Of a stretch of 64,000 bases of DNA, positions 24,919 through 40,010 are shown one piece after another. Position 1 is the stretch's first letter. Each line of letters starts with the position of its first letter. A program made the position numbers and the translations under genes. Source of the stretch: Auanema rhodensis (taxonomy: Eukaryota > Animalia > Nematoda); the NCBI GenBank assembly GCA_964057225.1, contig OZ059898.1, positions 17,112,001-17,176,000 on the forward strand, read 5' to 3'. Below the pieces are notes generated by a model. It had not been told where the DNA came from, searched no databases, and saw only the letters and a list, made by a program, of their open reading frames with translations.

Positions 24919-27900
24919 CGTTTCTCAATGTAGTATAGTGCATTTGATGCGGATTTTTAAGCTGCGTCGATCTGTGTTATCAAATTTGCGCTAGCTTAAA
25001 AATGCACCGAGATATCAACTGGTATAAGTTCACACTTATATCCTCGATTTTCACCCTGAAGAAATAATTTTTTCGTTGAATAACATTGTCCATCGTCTTT
25101 GCCTTGAAAAAAGGAATCTAAAAACATCTACTTTTTGCTAAATTATTCTGAAATTTTTCGAAAAAATTTTTGTCAAAATGTTTTTGGAAGCAATTTTGAG
25201 TGTACATGGAAACTCAACATACACTAATGCATCATTTTTCAAACGATCATAACTAATTTTTGTATTAAGCGTTTCTCAATGTAGTATAGTGCATTCGATG
25301 CGGATTTTTAAACTGCGTCGATCTGTGTTATCAGATTTGCGCTAGCTTAAAAATGCACCGAGATATGAACTGATATAAGTTCACACTTATATCCTCGATT
25401 TTCACCCTGAAGATTTATTTTTTTCGTTGAATAACATTGTCCATCGTCTTTGCCTTGAAAAAAGGAATCTAAAAACATCTACTTTTTGCTAAATTATTCT
25501 GAAATTTTTCGAAAAAATTTTTGTCAAAATGTTTTTGGAAGCAATGTTGAGTGTACATGGAAACTCAACATACACTAATGCATCATTTTTCAAACGATCA
25601 TAACTAATTTTTGTATTAAGCGTTTCTCAATGTAGTATAGTGCATTCGATGCGGATTTTTAAACTGCGTCGATCTGTGTTATCAGATTTGCGCTAGCTTA
25701 AAAATGCACCGAGATATCAACTGATATAAGTTCACACTTATATCCTCGATTTTCACCCTGAAGAATTATTTTTTTCGTTGAATAACATTGTCCATCGTCT
25801 TTGCCTTGAAAAAAGGAATCTAAAAACATCTACTTTTTGCTAAATTATTCTGAAATTTTTCGAAAAAATTTTTGTCAAAATGTTTTTGGAAGCAATTTTG
25901 AGTGTACATGGAAACTCAACATACACTAATGCATCATTTTTCAAACGATCATAACTAATTTTTGTATTAAGCGTTTCTCAATGTAGTATAGTGCATTCGA
26001 TGCGGATTTTTAAGCTGCGTCGATCTGTGTTATCAAATTTGCGCTAGCTTAAAAATGCACCGAGATATCAACTGGTATAAGTTCACACTTATATCCTCGA
26101 TTTTCACCCTGAAGAAATAATTTTTTCGTTGAATAACATTGTCCATCGTCTTTGCCTTGAAAAAAGGAATCTAAAAACATCTACTTTTTGCTAAATTATT
26201 CTGAAATTTTTCGAAAAAATTTTTGTCAAAATGTTTTTGGAAGCAATTTTGAGTGTACATGGAAACTCAACATACACTAATGCATCATTTTTCAAACGAT
26301 CATAACTAATTTTTGTATTAAGCGTTTCTCAATGTAGTATAGTGCATTTGATGCGGATTTTTAAGCTGCGTCGATCTGTGTTATCAAATTTGCGCTAGCT
26401 TAAAAATGCACCGAGATATCAACTGGTATAAGTTCACACTTATATCCTCGATTTTCACCCTGAAGAAATAATTTTTTCGTTGAATAACATTGTCCATCGT
26501 CTTTGCCTTGAAAAAAGGAATCTAAAAACATCTACTTTTTGCTAAATTATTCTGAAATTTTTCGAAAAAATTTTTGTCAAAATGTTTTTGGAAGCAATGT
26601 TGAGTGTACATGGAAACTCAACATACACTAATGCATCATTTTTCAAACGATCATAACTAATTTTTGTATTAAGCGTTTCTCAATGTAGTATAGTGCATTC
26701 GATGCGGATTTTTAAACTGCGTCGATCTGTGTTATCAAATTTGCGCTAGCTTAAAAATGCACCGAGATATCAACTGGTATAAGTTCACACTTATATCCTC
26801 GATTTTCACCCTGAAGAAATAATTTTTTCGTTGAATAACATTGTCCATCGTCTTTGCCTTGAAATAAGGAATCTAAAAACATCTACTTTTTGCTAAATTA
26901 TTCTGAAATTTTTCGAAAAAATTTTTGTCAAAATGTTTTTGGAAGCAATGTTGAGTGTACATGGAAACTCAACATACACTAATGCATCATTTTTCAAACG
27001 ATCATAACTAATTTTTGTATTAAGCGTTTCTCAATGTAGTATAGTGCATTCGATGCGGATTTTTACACTGCGTCGATCTGTGTTATCAGATTTGCGCTAG
27101 CTTAAAAATGCACCGAGATATCAACTGATATAAGTTCACACTTATATCCTCGATTTTCACCCTGAAGAATTATTTTTTTCGTTGAATAACATTGTCCATC
27201 GTCTTTGCCTTGAAAAAAGGAATCTAAAAACATCTACTTTTTGCTAAATTATTCTGAAATTTTTCGAAAAAATTTTTGTCAAAATGTTTTTGGAAGCAAT
27301 GTTGAGTGTACATGGAAACTCAACATACACTAATGCATCATTTTTCAAACGATCATAACTAATTTTTGTATTAAGCGTTTCTCAATGTAGTATAGTGCAT
27401 TCGATGCGGATTTTTAAACTGCGTCGATCTGTGTTATCAAATTTGCGCTAGCTTAAAAATGCACCGAGATATCAACTGGTATAAGTTCACACTTATATCC
27501 TCGATTTTCACCCTGAAGAAATAATTTTTTCGTTGAATAACATTGTCCATCGTCTTTGCCTTGAAAAAAGGAATCTAAAAACATCTACTTTTTGCTAAAT
27601 TATTCTGAAATTTTTCGAAAAAATTTTTGTCAAAATGTTTTTGGAAGCAATGTTGAGTGTACATGGAAACTCAACATACACTAATGCATCATTTTTCAAA
27701 CGATCATAACTAATTTTTGTATTAAGCGTTTCTCAATGTAGTATAGTGCATTTGATGCGGATTTTTAAGCTGCGTCGATCTGTGTTATCAAATTTGCGCT
27801 AGCTTAAAAATGCACCGAGATATCAACTGGTATAAGTTCACACTTATATCCTCGATTTTCACCCTGAAGAAATAATTTTTTCGTTGAATAACATTGTCCA

Positions 27901-30534
27901 TCGTCTTTGCCTTGAAAAAAGGAATCTAAAAACATCTACTTTTTGCTAAATTATTCTGAAATTTTTCGAAAAAATTTTTGTCAAAATGTTTTTGGAAGCA
28001 ATTTTGAGTGTACATGGAAACTCAACATACACTAATGCATCATTTTTCAAACGATCATAACTAATTTTTGTATTAAGCGTTTCTCAATGTAGTATAGTGC
28101 ATTCGATGCGGATTTTTAAACTGCGTCGATCTGTGTTATCAGATTTGCGCTAGCTTAAAAATGCACCGAGATATGAACTGATATAAGTTCACACTTATAT
28201 CCTCGATTTTCACCCTGAAGATTTATTTTTTTCGTTGAATAACATTGTCCATCGTCTTTGCCTTGAAAAAAGGAATCTAAAAACATCTACTTTTTGCTAA
28301 ATTATTCTGAAATTTTTCGAAAAAATTTTTGTCAAAATGTTTTTGGAAGCAATGTTGAGTGTACATGGAAACTCAACATACACTAATGCATCATTTTTCA
28401 AACGATCATAACTAATTTTTGTATTAAGCGTTTCTCAATGTAGTATAGTGCATTCGATGCGGATTTTTAAACTGCGTCGATCTGTGTTATCAGATTTGCG
28501 CTAGCTTAAAAATGCACCGAGATATCAACTGATATAAGTTCACACTTATATCCTCGATTTTCACCCTGAAGAATTATTTTTTTCGTTGAATAACATTGTC
28601 CATCGTCTTTGCCTTGAAAAAAGGAATCTAAAAACATCTACTTTTTGCTAAATTATTCTGAAATTTTTCGAAAAAATTTTTGTCAAAATGTTTTTGGAAG
28701 CAATTTTGAGTGTACATGGAAACTCAACATACACTAATGCATCATTTTTCAAACGATCATAACTAATTTTTGTATTAAGCGTTTCTCAATGTAGTATAGT
28801 GCATTCGATGCGGATTTTTAAGCTGCGTCGATCTGTGTTATCAAATTTGCGCTAGCTTAAAAATGCACCGAGATATCAACTGGTATAAGTTCACACTTAT
28901 ATCCTCGATTTTCACCCTGAAGAAATAATTTTTTCGTTGAATAACATTGTCCATCGTCTTTGCCTTGAAAAAAGGAATCTAAAAACATCTACTTTTTGCT
29001 AAATTATTCTGAAATTTTTCGAAAAAATTTTTGTCAAAATGTTTTTGGAAGCAATTTTGAGTGTACATGGAAACTCAACATACACTAATGCATCATTTTT
29101 CAAACGATCATAACTAATTTTTGTATTAAGCGTTTCTCAATGTAGTATAGTGCATTTGATGCGGATTTTTAAGCTGCGTCGATCTGTGTTATCAAATTTG
29201 CGCTAGCTTAAAAATGCACCGAGATATCAACTGGTATAAGTTCACACTTATATCCTCGATTTTCACCCTGAAGAAATAATTTTTTCGTTGAATAACATTG
29301 TCCATCGTCTTTGCCTTGAAAAAAGGAATCTAAAAACATCTACTTTTTGCTAAATTATTCTGAAATTTTTCGAAAAAATTTTTGTCAAAATGTTTTTGGA
29401 AGCAATGTTGAGTGTACATGGAAACTCAACATACACTAATGCATCATTTTTCAAACGATCATAACTAATTTTTGTATTAAGCGTTTCTCAATGTAGTATA
29501 GTGCATTCGATGCGGATTTTTAAACTGCGTCGATCTGTGTTATCAAATTTGCGCTAGCTTAAAAATGCACCGAGATATCAACTGGTATAAGTTCACACTT
29601 ATATCCTCGATTTTCACCCTGAAGAAATAATTTTTTCGTTGAATAACATTGTCCATCGTCTTTGCCTTGAAAAAAGGAATCTAAAAACATCTACTTTTTG
29701 CTAAATTATTCTGAAATTTTTCGAAAAAATTTTTGTCAAAATGTTTTTGGAAGCAATGTTGAGTGTACATGGAAACTCAACATACACTAATGCATCATTT
29801 TTCAAACGATCATAACTAATTTTTGTATTAAGCGTTTCTCAATGTAGTATAGTGCATTCGATGCGGATTTTTACACTGCGTCGATCTGTGTTATCAGATT
29901 TGCGCTAGCTTAAAAATGCACCGAGATATCAACTGATATAAGTTCACACTTATATCCTCGATTTTCACCCTGAAGAATTATTTTTTTCGTTGAATAACAT
30001 TGTCCATCGTCTTTGCCTTGAAAAAAGGAATCTAAAAACATCTACTTTTTGCTAAATTATTCTGAAATTTTTCGAAAAAATTTTTGTCAAAATGTTTTTG
30101 GAAGCAATGTTGAGTGTACATGGAAACTCAACATACACTAATGCATCATTTTTCAAACGATCATAACTAATTTTTGTATTAAGCGTTTCTCAATGTAGTA
30201 TAGTGCATTCGATGCGGATTTTTAAACTGCGTCGATCTGTGTTATCAAATTTGCGCTAGCTTAAAAATGCACCGAGATATCAACTGGTATAAGTTCACAC
30301 TTATATCCTCGATTTTCACCCTGAAGAAATAATTTTTTCGTTGAATAACATTGTCCATCGTCTTTGCCTTGAAAAAAGGAATCTAAAAACATCTACTTTT
30401 TGCTAAATTATTCTGAAATTTTTCGAAAAAATTTTTGTCAAAATGTTTTTGGAAGCAATTTTGAGTGTACATGGTAACTCAACATACACTAATGCATCAT
30501 TTTTCAAACGATCATAACTAATTTTTGTATTAAG
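24919..30534. repeat. 8-monomer tandem duplication (period 2808 bp; M72-79 / M80-87)
   Basis: Shared markers are gaagaTttatt (M73/M81) and ttACActg (M78/M86), with the same class order. Confidence 0.85.
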
Positions 30535-31938
30535 CGTTTCTCAATGTAGTATAGTGCATTCGATGCGGATTTTTACACTGCGTCGATCTGTGTTATCAGA
30601 TTTGCGCTAGCTTAAAAATGCACCGAGATATCAACTGATATAAGTTCACACTTATATCCTCGATTTTCACCCTGAAGAATTATTTTTTTCGTTGAATAAC
30701 ATTGTCCATCGTCTTTGCCTTGAAAAAAGGAATCTAAAAACATCTACTTTTTGCTAAATTATTCTGAAATTTTTCGAAAAAATTTTTGTCAAAATGTTTT
30801 TGGAAGCAATTTTGAGTGTACATGGAAACTCAACATACACTAATGCATCATTTTTCAAACGATCATAACTAATTTTTGTATTAAGCGTTTCTCAATGTAG
30901 TATAGTGCATTTGATGCGGATTTTCAAGCTGCGTCGATCTGTGTTATCAAATTTGCGCTAGCTTAAAAATGCACCGAGATATCAACTGGTATAAGTTCAC
31001 ACTTATATCCTCGATTTTCACCCTGAAGAAATAATTTTTTCGTTGAATAACATTGTCCATCGTCTTTGCCTTGAAAAAAGGAATCTAAAAACATCTACTT
31101 TTTGCTAAATTATTCTGAAATTTTTCGAAAAAATTTTTGTCAAAATGTTTTTGGAAGCAATGTTGAGTGTACATGGAAACTCAACATACACTAATGCATC
31201 ATTTTTCAAACGATCATAACTAATTTTTGTATTAAGCGTTTCTCAATGTAGTATAGTGCATTCGATGCGGATTTTTAAACTGCGTCGATCTGTGTTATCA
31301 GATTTGCGCTAGCTTAAAAATGCACCGAGATATGAACTGATATAAGTTCACACTTATATCCTCGATTTTCACCCTGAAGAATTATTTTTTTCGTTGAATA
31401 ACATTGTCCATCGTCTTTGCCTTGAAAAAAGGAATCTAAAAACATCTACTTTTTGCTAAATTATTCTGAAATTTTTCGAAAAAATTTTTGTCAAAATGTT
31501 TTTGGAAGCAATGTTGAGTGTACATGGAAACTCAACATACACTAATGCATCATTTTTCAAACGATCATAACTAATTTTTGTATTAAGCGTTTCTCAATGT
31601 AGTATAGTGCATTCGATGCGGATTTTTAAACTGCGTCGATCTGTGTTATCAGATTTGCGCTAGCTTAAAAATGCACCGAGATATCAACTGGTATAAGTTC
31701 ACACTTATATCCTCGATTTTCACCCTGAAGAAATAATTTTTTCGTTGAATAACATTGTCCATCGTCTTTGCCTTGAAAAAAGGAATCTAAAAACATCTAC
31801 TTTTTGCTAAATTATTCTGAAATTTTTCGAAAAAATTTTTGTCAAAATGTTTTTGGAAGCAATGTTGAGTGTACATGGAAACTCAACATACACTAATGCA
31901 TCATTTTTCAAACGATCATAACTAATTTTTGTATTAAG

Positions 31939-34746
31939 CGTTTCTCAATGTAGTATAGTGCATTCGATGCGGATTTTTAAACTGCGTCGATCTGTGTTAT
32001 CAGATTTGCGCTAGCTTAAAAATGCACGGAGATATCAACTGATATAAGTTCACACTTATATCCTCGATTTTCACCCTGAAGAAATAATTTTTTCGTTGAA
32101 TAACATTGTCCATCGTCTTTGCCTTGAAAAACGGAATCTAAAAACATCTACTTTTTGCTAAATTATTCTGAATATTTTCGAAAAAATTTTTGTCAAAATG
32201 TTTTTGGAAGCAATGTTGAGTGTACATGGAAACTCAACATACACTAATGCATCATTTTTCAAACGATCATAACTAATTTTTGTATTAAGCGTTTCTCAAT
32301 GTAGTATAGTGCATTCGATGCGGATTTTTAAGCTGCGTCGATCTGTGTTATCAAATTTGCGCTAGCTTAAAAATGCACCGAGATATCAACTGGTATAAGT
32401 TCACACTTATATCCTCGATTTTCACCCTGAAGAAATAATTTTTTCGTTGAATAACATTGTCCATCGTCTTTGCCTTGAAAAAAGGAATCTAAAAACATCT
32501 ACTTTTTGCTAAATTATTCTGAAATTTTTCGAAAAAATTTTTGTCAAAATGTTTTTGGAAGCAATGTTGAGTGTACATGGAAACTCAACATACACTAATG
32601 CATCATTTTTCAAACGATCATAACTAATTTTTGTATTAAGCGTTTCTCAATGTAGTATAGTGCATTCGATGCGGATTTTTAAACTGCGTCGATCTGTGTT
32701 ATCAGATTTGCGCTAGCTTAAAAATGCACCGAGATATCAACTGGTATAAGTTCACACTTATATCCTCGATTTTCACCCTGAAGAAATAATTTTTTCGTTG
32801 AATAACATTGTCCATCGTCTTTGCCTTGAAAAAAGGAATCTAAAAACATCTACTTTTTGCTAAATTATTCTGAAATTTTTCGAAAAAATTTTTGTCAAAA
32901 TGTTTTTGGAAGCAATGTTGAGTGTACATGGAAACTCAACATACACTAATGCATCATTTTTCAAACGATCATAACTAATTTTTGTATTAAGCGTTTCTCA
33001 ATGTAGTATAGTGCATTCGATGCGGATTTTTACACTGCGTCGATCTGTGTTATCAGATTTGCGCTAGCTTAAAAATGCACCGAGATATCAACTGATATAA
33101 GTTCACACTTATATCCTCGATTTTCACCCTGAAGAATTATTTTTTTCGTTGAATAACATTGTCCATCGTCTTTGCCTTGAAAAAAGGAATCTAAAAACAT
33201 CTACTTTTTGCTAAATTATTCTGAAATTTTTCGAAAAAATTTTTGTCAAAATGTTTTTGGAAGCAATGTTGAGTGTACATGGAAACTCAACATACACTAA
33301 TGCATCATTTTTCAAACGATCATAACTAATTTTTGTATTAAGCGTTTCTCAATGTAGTATAGTGCATTCGATGCGGATTTTTAAACTGCGTCGATCTGTG
33401 TTATCAGATTTGCGCTAGCTTAAAAATGCACGGAGATATCAACTGATATAAGTTCACACTTATATCCTCGATTTTCACCCTGAAGAAATAATTTTTTCGT
33501 TGAATAACATTGTCCATCGTCTTTGCCTTGAAAAACGGAATCTAAAAACATCTACTTTTTGCTAAATTATTCTGAATATTTTCGAAAAAATTTTTGTCAA
33601 AATGTTTTTGGAAGCAATGTTGAGTGTACATGGAAACTCAACATACACTAATGCATCATTTTTCAAACGATCATAACTAATTTTTGTATTAAGCGTTTCT
33701 CAATGTAGTATAGTGCATTCGATGCGGATTTTTAAGCTGCGTCGATCTGTGTTATCAAATTTGCGCTAGCTTAAAAATGCACCGAGATATCAACTGGTAT
33801 AAGTTCACACTTATATCCTCGATTTTCACCCTGAAGAAATAATTTTTTCGTTGAATAACATTGTCCATCGTCTTTGCCTTGAAAAAAGGAATCTAAAAAC
33901 ATCTACTTTTTGCTAAATTATTCTGAAATTTTTCGAAAAAATTTTTGTCAAAATGTTTTTGGAAGCAATGTTGAGTGTACATGGAAACTCAACATACACT
34001 AATGCATCATTTTTCAAACGATCATAACTAATTTTTGTATTAAGCGTTTCTCAATGTAGTATAGTGCATTCGATGCGGATTTTTAAACTGCGTCGATCTG
34101 TGTTATCAGATTTGCGCTAGCTTAAAAATGCACCGAGATATCAACTGGTATAAGTTCACACTTATATCCTCGATTTTCACCCTGAAGAAATAATTTTTTC
34201 GTTGAATAACATTGTCCATCGTCTTTGCCTTGAAAAAAGGAATCTAAAAACATCTACTTTTTGCTAAATTATTCTGAAATTTTTCGAAAAAATTTTTGTC
34301 AAAATGTTTTTGGAAGCAATGTTGAGTGTACATGGAAACTCAACATACACTAATGCATCATTTTTCAAACGATCATAACTAATTTTTGTATTAAGCGTTT
34401 CTCAATGTAGTATAGTGCATTCGATGCGGATTTTTACACTGCGTCGATCTGTGTTATCAGATTTGCGCTAGCTTAAAAATGCACCGAGATATCAACTGAT
34501 ATAAGTTCACACTTATATCCTCGATTTTCACCCTGAAGAATTATTTTTTTCGTTGAATAACATTGTCCATCGTCTTTGCCTTGAAAAAAGGAATCTAAAA
34601 ACATCTACTTTTTGCTAAATTATTCTGAAATTTTTCGAAAAAATTTTTGTCAAAATGTTTTTGGAAGCAATTTTGAGTGTACATGGAAACTCAACATACA
34701 CTAATGCATCATTTTTCAAACGATCATAACTAATTTTTGTATTAAG
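31939..34746. repeat. 4-monomer tandem duplication (period 1404 bp; M92-95 / M96-99)
   Basis: Shared markers are gcacGgag with aaaaCgg and gaaTAttt (M92/M96), and ttACActg (M95/M99). Confidence 0.85.
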
Positions 34747-35448
34747 CGTTTCTCAATGTAGTATAGTGCATTTGATGCGGATTTTTAAGCTGCGTCGATC
34801 TGTGTTATCAAATTTGCGCTAGCTTAAAAATGCACCGAGATATCAACTGGTATAAGTTCACACTTATATCCTCGATTTTCACCCTGAAGAAATAATTTTT
34901 TCGTTGAATAACATTGTCCATCGTCTTTGCCTTGAAAAAAGGAATCTAAAAACATCTACTTTTTGCTAAATTATTCTGAAATTTTTCGAAAAAATTTTTG
35001 TCAAAATGTTTTTGGAAGCAATGTTGAGTGTACATGGAAACTCAACATACACTAATGCATCATTTTTCAAACGATCATAACTAATTTTTGTATTAAGCGT
35101 TTCTCAATGTAGTATAGTGCATTCGATGCGGATTTTTAAACTGCGTCGATCTGTGTTATCAGATTTGCGCTAGCTTAAAAATGCACCGAGATATGAACTG
35201 ATATAAGTTCACACTTATATCCTCGATTTTCACCCTGAAGAATTATTTTTTTCGTTGAATAACATTGTCCATCGTCTTTGCCTTGAAAAAAGGAATCTAA
35301 AAACATCTACTTTTTGCTAAATTATTCTGAAATTTTTCGAAAAAATTTTTGTCAAAATGTTTTTGGAAGCAATTTTGAGTGTGCATGGAAACTCAACATA
35401 CACTAATGCATCATTTTTCAAACGATCATAACTAATTTTTGTATTAAG

Positions 35449-38400
35449 CGTTTCTCAATGTAGTATAGTGCATTCGATGCGGATTTTTAAACTGCGTCGA
35501 TCTGTGTTATCAGATTTGCGCTAGCTTAAAAATGCACCGAGATATCAACTGATATAAGTTCACACTTATATCCTCGATTTTCACCCTGAAGAATTATTTT
35601 TTTCGTTGAATAACATTGTCCATCGTCTTTGCCTTGAAAAAAGGAATCTAAAAACATCTACTTTTTGCTAAATTATTCTGAAATTTTTCGAAAAAATTTT
35701 TGTCAAAATGTTTTTGGAAGCAATTTTGAGTGTACATGGAAACTCAACATACACTAATGCATCATTTTTCAAACGATCATAACTAATTTTTGTATTAAGC
35801 GTTTCTCAATGTAGTATAGTGCATTTAATGCGGATTTTTAAGCTGCGTCGATCTGTGTTATCAAATTTGCGCTAGCTTAAAAATGCACCGAGATATCAAC
35901 TGGTATAAGTTCACACTTATATCCTCGATTTTCACCCTGAAGAAATAATTTTTTCGTTGAATAACATTGTCCATCGTCTTTGCCTTGAAAAAAGGAATCT
36001 AAAAACATCTACTTTTTGCTAAATTATTCTGAAATTTTTCGAAAAAATTTTTGTCAAAATGTTTTTGGAAGCAATTTTGAGTGTGCATGGAAACTCAACA
36101 TACACTAATGCATCATTTTTCAAACGATCATAACTAATTTTTGTATTAAGCGTTTCTCAATGTAGTATAGTGCATTCGATGCGGATTTTTAAACTGCGTC
36201 GATCTGTGTTATCAGATTTGCGCTAGCTTAAAAATGCACCGAGATATCAACTGATATAAGTTCACACTTATATCCTCGATTTTCACCCTGAAGAAATAAT
36301 TTTTTCGTTGAATAACATTGTCCATCGTCTTTGCCTTGAAAAACGGAATCTAAAAACATCTACTTTTTGCTAAATTATTCTGAATATTTTCGAAAAAATT
36401 TTTGTCAAAATGTTTTTGGAAGCAATGTTGAGTGTACATGGAAACTCAACATACACTAATGCATCATTTTTCAAACGATCATAACTAATTTTTGTATTAA
36501 GCGTTTCTCAATGTAGTATAGTGCATTCGATGCGGATTTTTAAACTGCGTCGATCTGTGTTATCAGATTTGCGCTAGCTTAAAAATGCACCGAGATATCA
36601 ACTGATATAAGTTCACACTTATATCCTCGATTTTCACCCTGAAGAATTATTTTTTTCGTTGAATAACATTGTCCATCGTCTTTGCCTTGAAAAAAGGAAT
36701 CTAAAAACATCTACTTTTTGCTAAATTATTCTGAAATTTTTCGAAAAAATTTTTTTAAAATGTTTTTGGAAGCAATTTTGAGTGTACATGGAAATTCAAC
36801 ATACACTAATGCATCATTTTTCAAACGATCATAACTAATTTTTGTATTAAGCGTTTCTCAATGTAGTATAGTGCATTTAATGCGGATTTTTAAGCTGCGT
36901 CGATCTGTGTTATCAAATTTGCGCTAGCTTAAAAATGCACCGAGATATCAACTGGTATAAGTTCACACTTATATCCTCGATTTTCACCCTGAAGAAATAA
37001 TTTTTTCGTTGAATAACATTGTCCATCGTCTTTGCCTTGAAAAAAGGAATCTAAAAACATCTACTTTTTGCTAAATTATTCTGAAATTTTTCGAAAAAAT
37101 TTTTGTCAAAATGTTTTTGGAAGCAATTTTGAGTGTGCATGGAAACTCAACATACACTAATGCATCATTTTTCAAACGATCATAACTAATTTTTGTATTA
37201 AGCGTTTCTCAATGTAGTATAGTGCATTCGATGCGGATTTTTAAACTGCGTCGATCTGTGTTATCAGATTTGCGCTAGCTTAAAAATGCACCGAGATATC
37301 AACTGATATAAGTTCACACTTATATCCTCGATTTTCACCCTGAAGAATTATTTTTTTCGTTGAATAACATTGTCCATCGTCTTTGCCTTGAAAAAAGGAA
37401 TCTAAAAACATCTACTTTTTGCTAAATTATTCTGAAATTTTTCGAAAAAATTTTTGTCAAAATGTTTTTGGAAGCAATTTTGAGTGTACATGGAAACTCA
37501 ACATACACTAATGCATCATTTTTCAAACGATCATAACTAATTTTTGTATTAAGCGTTTCTCAATGTAGTATAGTGCATTTAATGCGGATTTTTAAGCTGC
37601 GTCGATCTGTGTTATCAAATTTGCGCTAGCTTAAAAATGCACCGAGATATCAACTGGTATAAGTTCACACTTATATCCTCGATTTTCACCCTGAAGAAAT
37701 AATTTTTTCGTTGAATAACATTGTCCATCGTCTTTGCCTTGAAAAAAGGAATCTAAAAACATCTACTTTTTGCTAAATTATTCTGAAATTTTTCGAAAAA
37801 ATTTTTGTCAAAATGTTTTTGGAAGCAATTTTGAGTGTGCATGGAAACTCAACATACACTAATGCATCATTTTTCAAACGATCATAACTAATTTTTGTAT
37901 TAAGCGTTTCTCAATGTAGTATAGTGCATTCGATGCGGATTTTTAAACTGCGTCGATCTGTGTTATCAGATTTGCGCTAGCTTAAAAATGCACCGAGATA
38001 TCAACTGATATAAGTTCACACTTATATCCTCGATTTTCACCCTGAAGAAATAATTTTTTCGTTGAATAACATTGTCCATCGTCTTTGCCTTGAAAAACGG
38101 AATCTAAAAACATCTACTTTTTGCTAAATTATTCTGAATATTTTCGAAAAAATTTTTGTCAAAATGTTTTTGGAAGCAATGTTGAGTGTACATGGAAACT
38201 CAACATACACTAATGCATCATTTTTCAAACGATCATAACTAATTTTTGTATTAAGCGTTTCTCAATGTAGTATAGTGCATTCGATGCGGATTTTTAAACT
38301 GCGTCGATCTGTGTTATCAGATTTGCGCTAGCTTAAAAATGCACCGAGATATCAACTGATATAAGTTCACACTTATATCCTCGATTTTCACCCTGAAGAA

Positions 38401-40010
38401 TTATTTTTTTCGTTGAATAACATTGTCCATCGTCTTTGCCTTGAAAAAAGGAATCTAAAAACATCTACTTTTTGCTAAATTATTCTGAAATTTTTCGAAA
38501 AAATTTTTGTCAAAATGTTTTTGGAAGCAATTTTGAGTGTACATGGAAATTCAACATACACTAATGCATCATTTTTCAAACGATCATAACTAATTTTTGT
38601 ATTAAGCGTTTCTCAATGTAGTATAGTGCATTTAATGCGGATTTTTAAGCTGCGTCGATCTGTGTTATCAAATTTGCGCTAGCTTAAAAATGCACCGAGA
38701 TATCAACTGGTATAAGTTCACACTTATATCCTCGATTTTCACCCTGAAGAAATAATTTTTTCGTTGAATAACATTGTCCATCGTCTTTGCCTTGAAAAAA
38801 GGAATCTAAAAACATCTACTTTTTGCTAAATTATTCTGAAATTTTTCGAAAAAATTTTTGTCAAAATGTTTTTGGAAGCAATTTTGAGTGTGCATGGAAA
38901 CTCAACATACACTAATGCATCATTTTTCAAACGATCATAACTAATTTTTGTATTAAGCGTTTCTCAATGTAGTATAGTGCATTCGATGCGGATTTTTAAA
39001 CTGCGTCGATCTGTGTTATCAGATTTGCGCTAGCTTAAAAATGCACCGAGATATCAACTGATATAAGTTCACACTTATATCCTCGATTTTCACCCTGAAG
39101 AATTATTTTTTTCGTTGAATAACATTGTCCATCGTCTTTGCCTTGAAAAAAGGAATCTAAAAACATCTACTTTTTGCTAAATTATTCTGAAATTTTTCGA
39201 AAAAATTTTTGTCAAAATGTTTTTGGAAGCAATTTTGAGTGTACATGGAAACTCAACATACACTAATGCATCATTTTTCAAACGATCATAACTAATTTTT
39301 GTATTAAGCGTTTCTCAATGTAGTATAGTGCATTTAATGCGGATTTTTAAGCAGCGTCGATCTGTGTTATCAAATTTGCGCTAGCTTAAAAATGCACCGA
39401 GATATCAACTGGTATAAGTTCACACTTATATCCTCGATTTTCACCCTGAAGAAATAATTTTTTCGTTGAATAACATTGTCCATCGTCTTTGCCTTGAAAA
39501 AAGGAATCTAAAAACATCTACTTTTTGCTAAATTATTCTGAAATTTTTCGAAAAAATTTTTGTCAAAATGTTTTTGGAAGCAATTTTGAGTGTGCATGGA
39601 AACTCAACATACACTAATGCATCATTTTTCAAACGATCATAACTAATTTTTGTATTAAGCGTTTCTCAATGTAGTATAGTGCATTCGATGCGGATTTTTA
39701 AACTGCGTCGATCTGTGTTATCAGATTTGCGCTAGCTTAAAAATGCACCGAGATATCAACTGATATAAGTTCACACTTATATCCTCGATTTTCACCCTGA
39801 AGAAATAATTTTTTCGTTGAATAACATTGTCCATCGTCTTTGCCTTGAAAAACGGAATCTAAAAACATCTACTTTTTGCTAAATTATTCTGAATATTTTC
39901 GAAAAAATTTTTGTCAAAATGTTTTTGGAAGCAATGTTGAGTGTACATGGAAACTCAACATACACTAATGCATCATTTTTCAAACGATCATAACTAATTT
40001 TTGTATTAAG
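35449..40010. repeat. 5-monomer higher-order repeat, ~2.6 copies (period ~1755 bp; M102-106, M107-111, M112-114)
   Basis: aaaaCgg with gaaTAttt occurs at M104, M109 and M114. gaaaTtc occurs at M105 and M110. ttTAatg with gtGcatg occurs at M103, 106, 108, 111 and 113. Confidence 0.85.
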
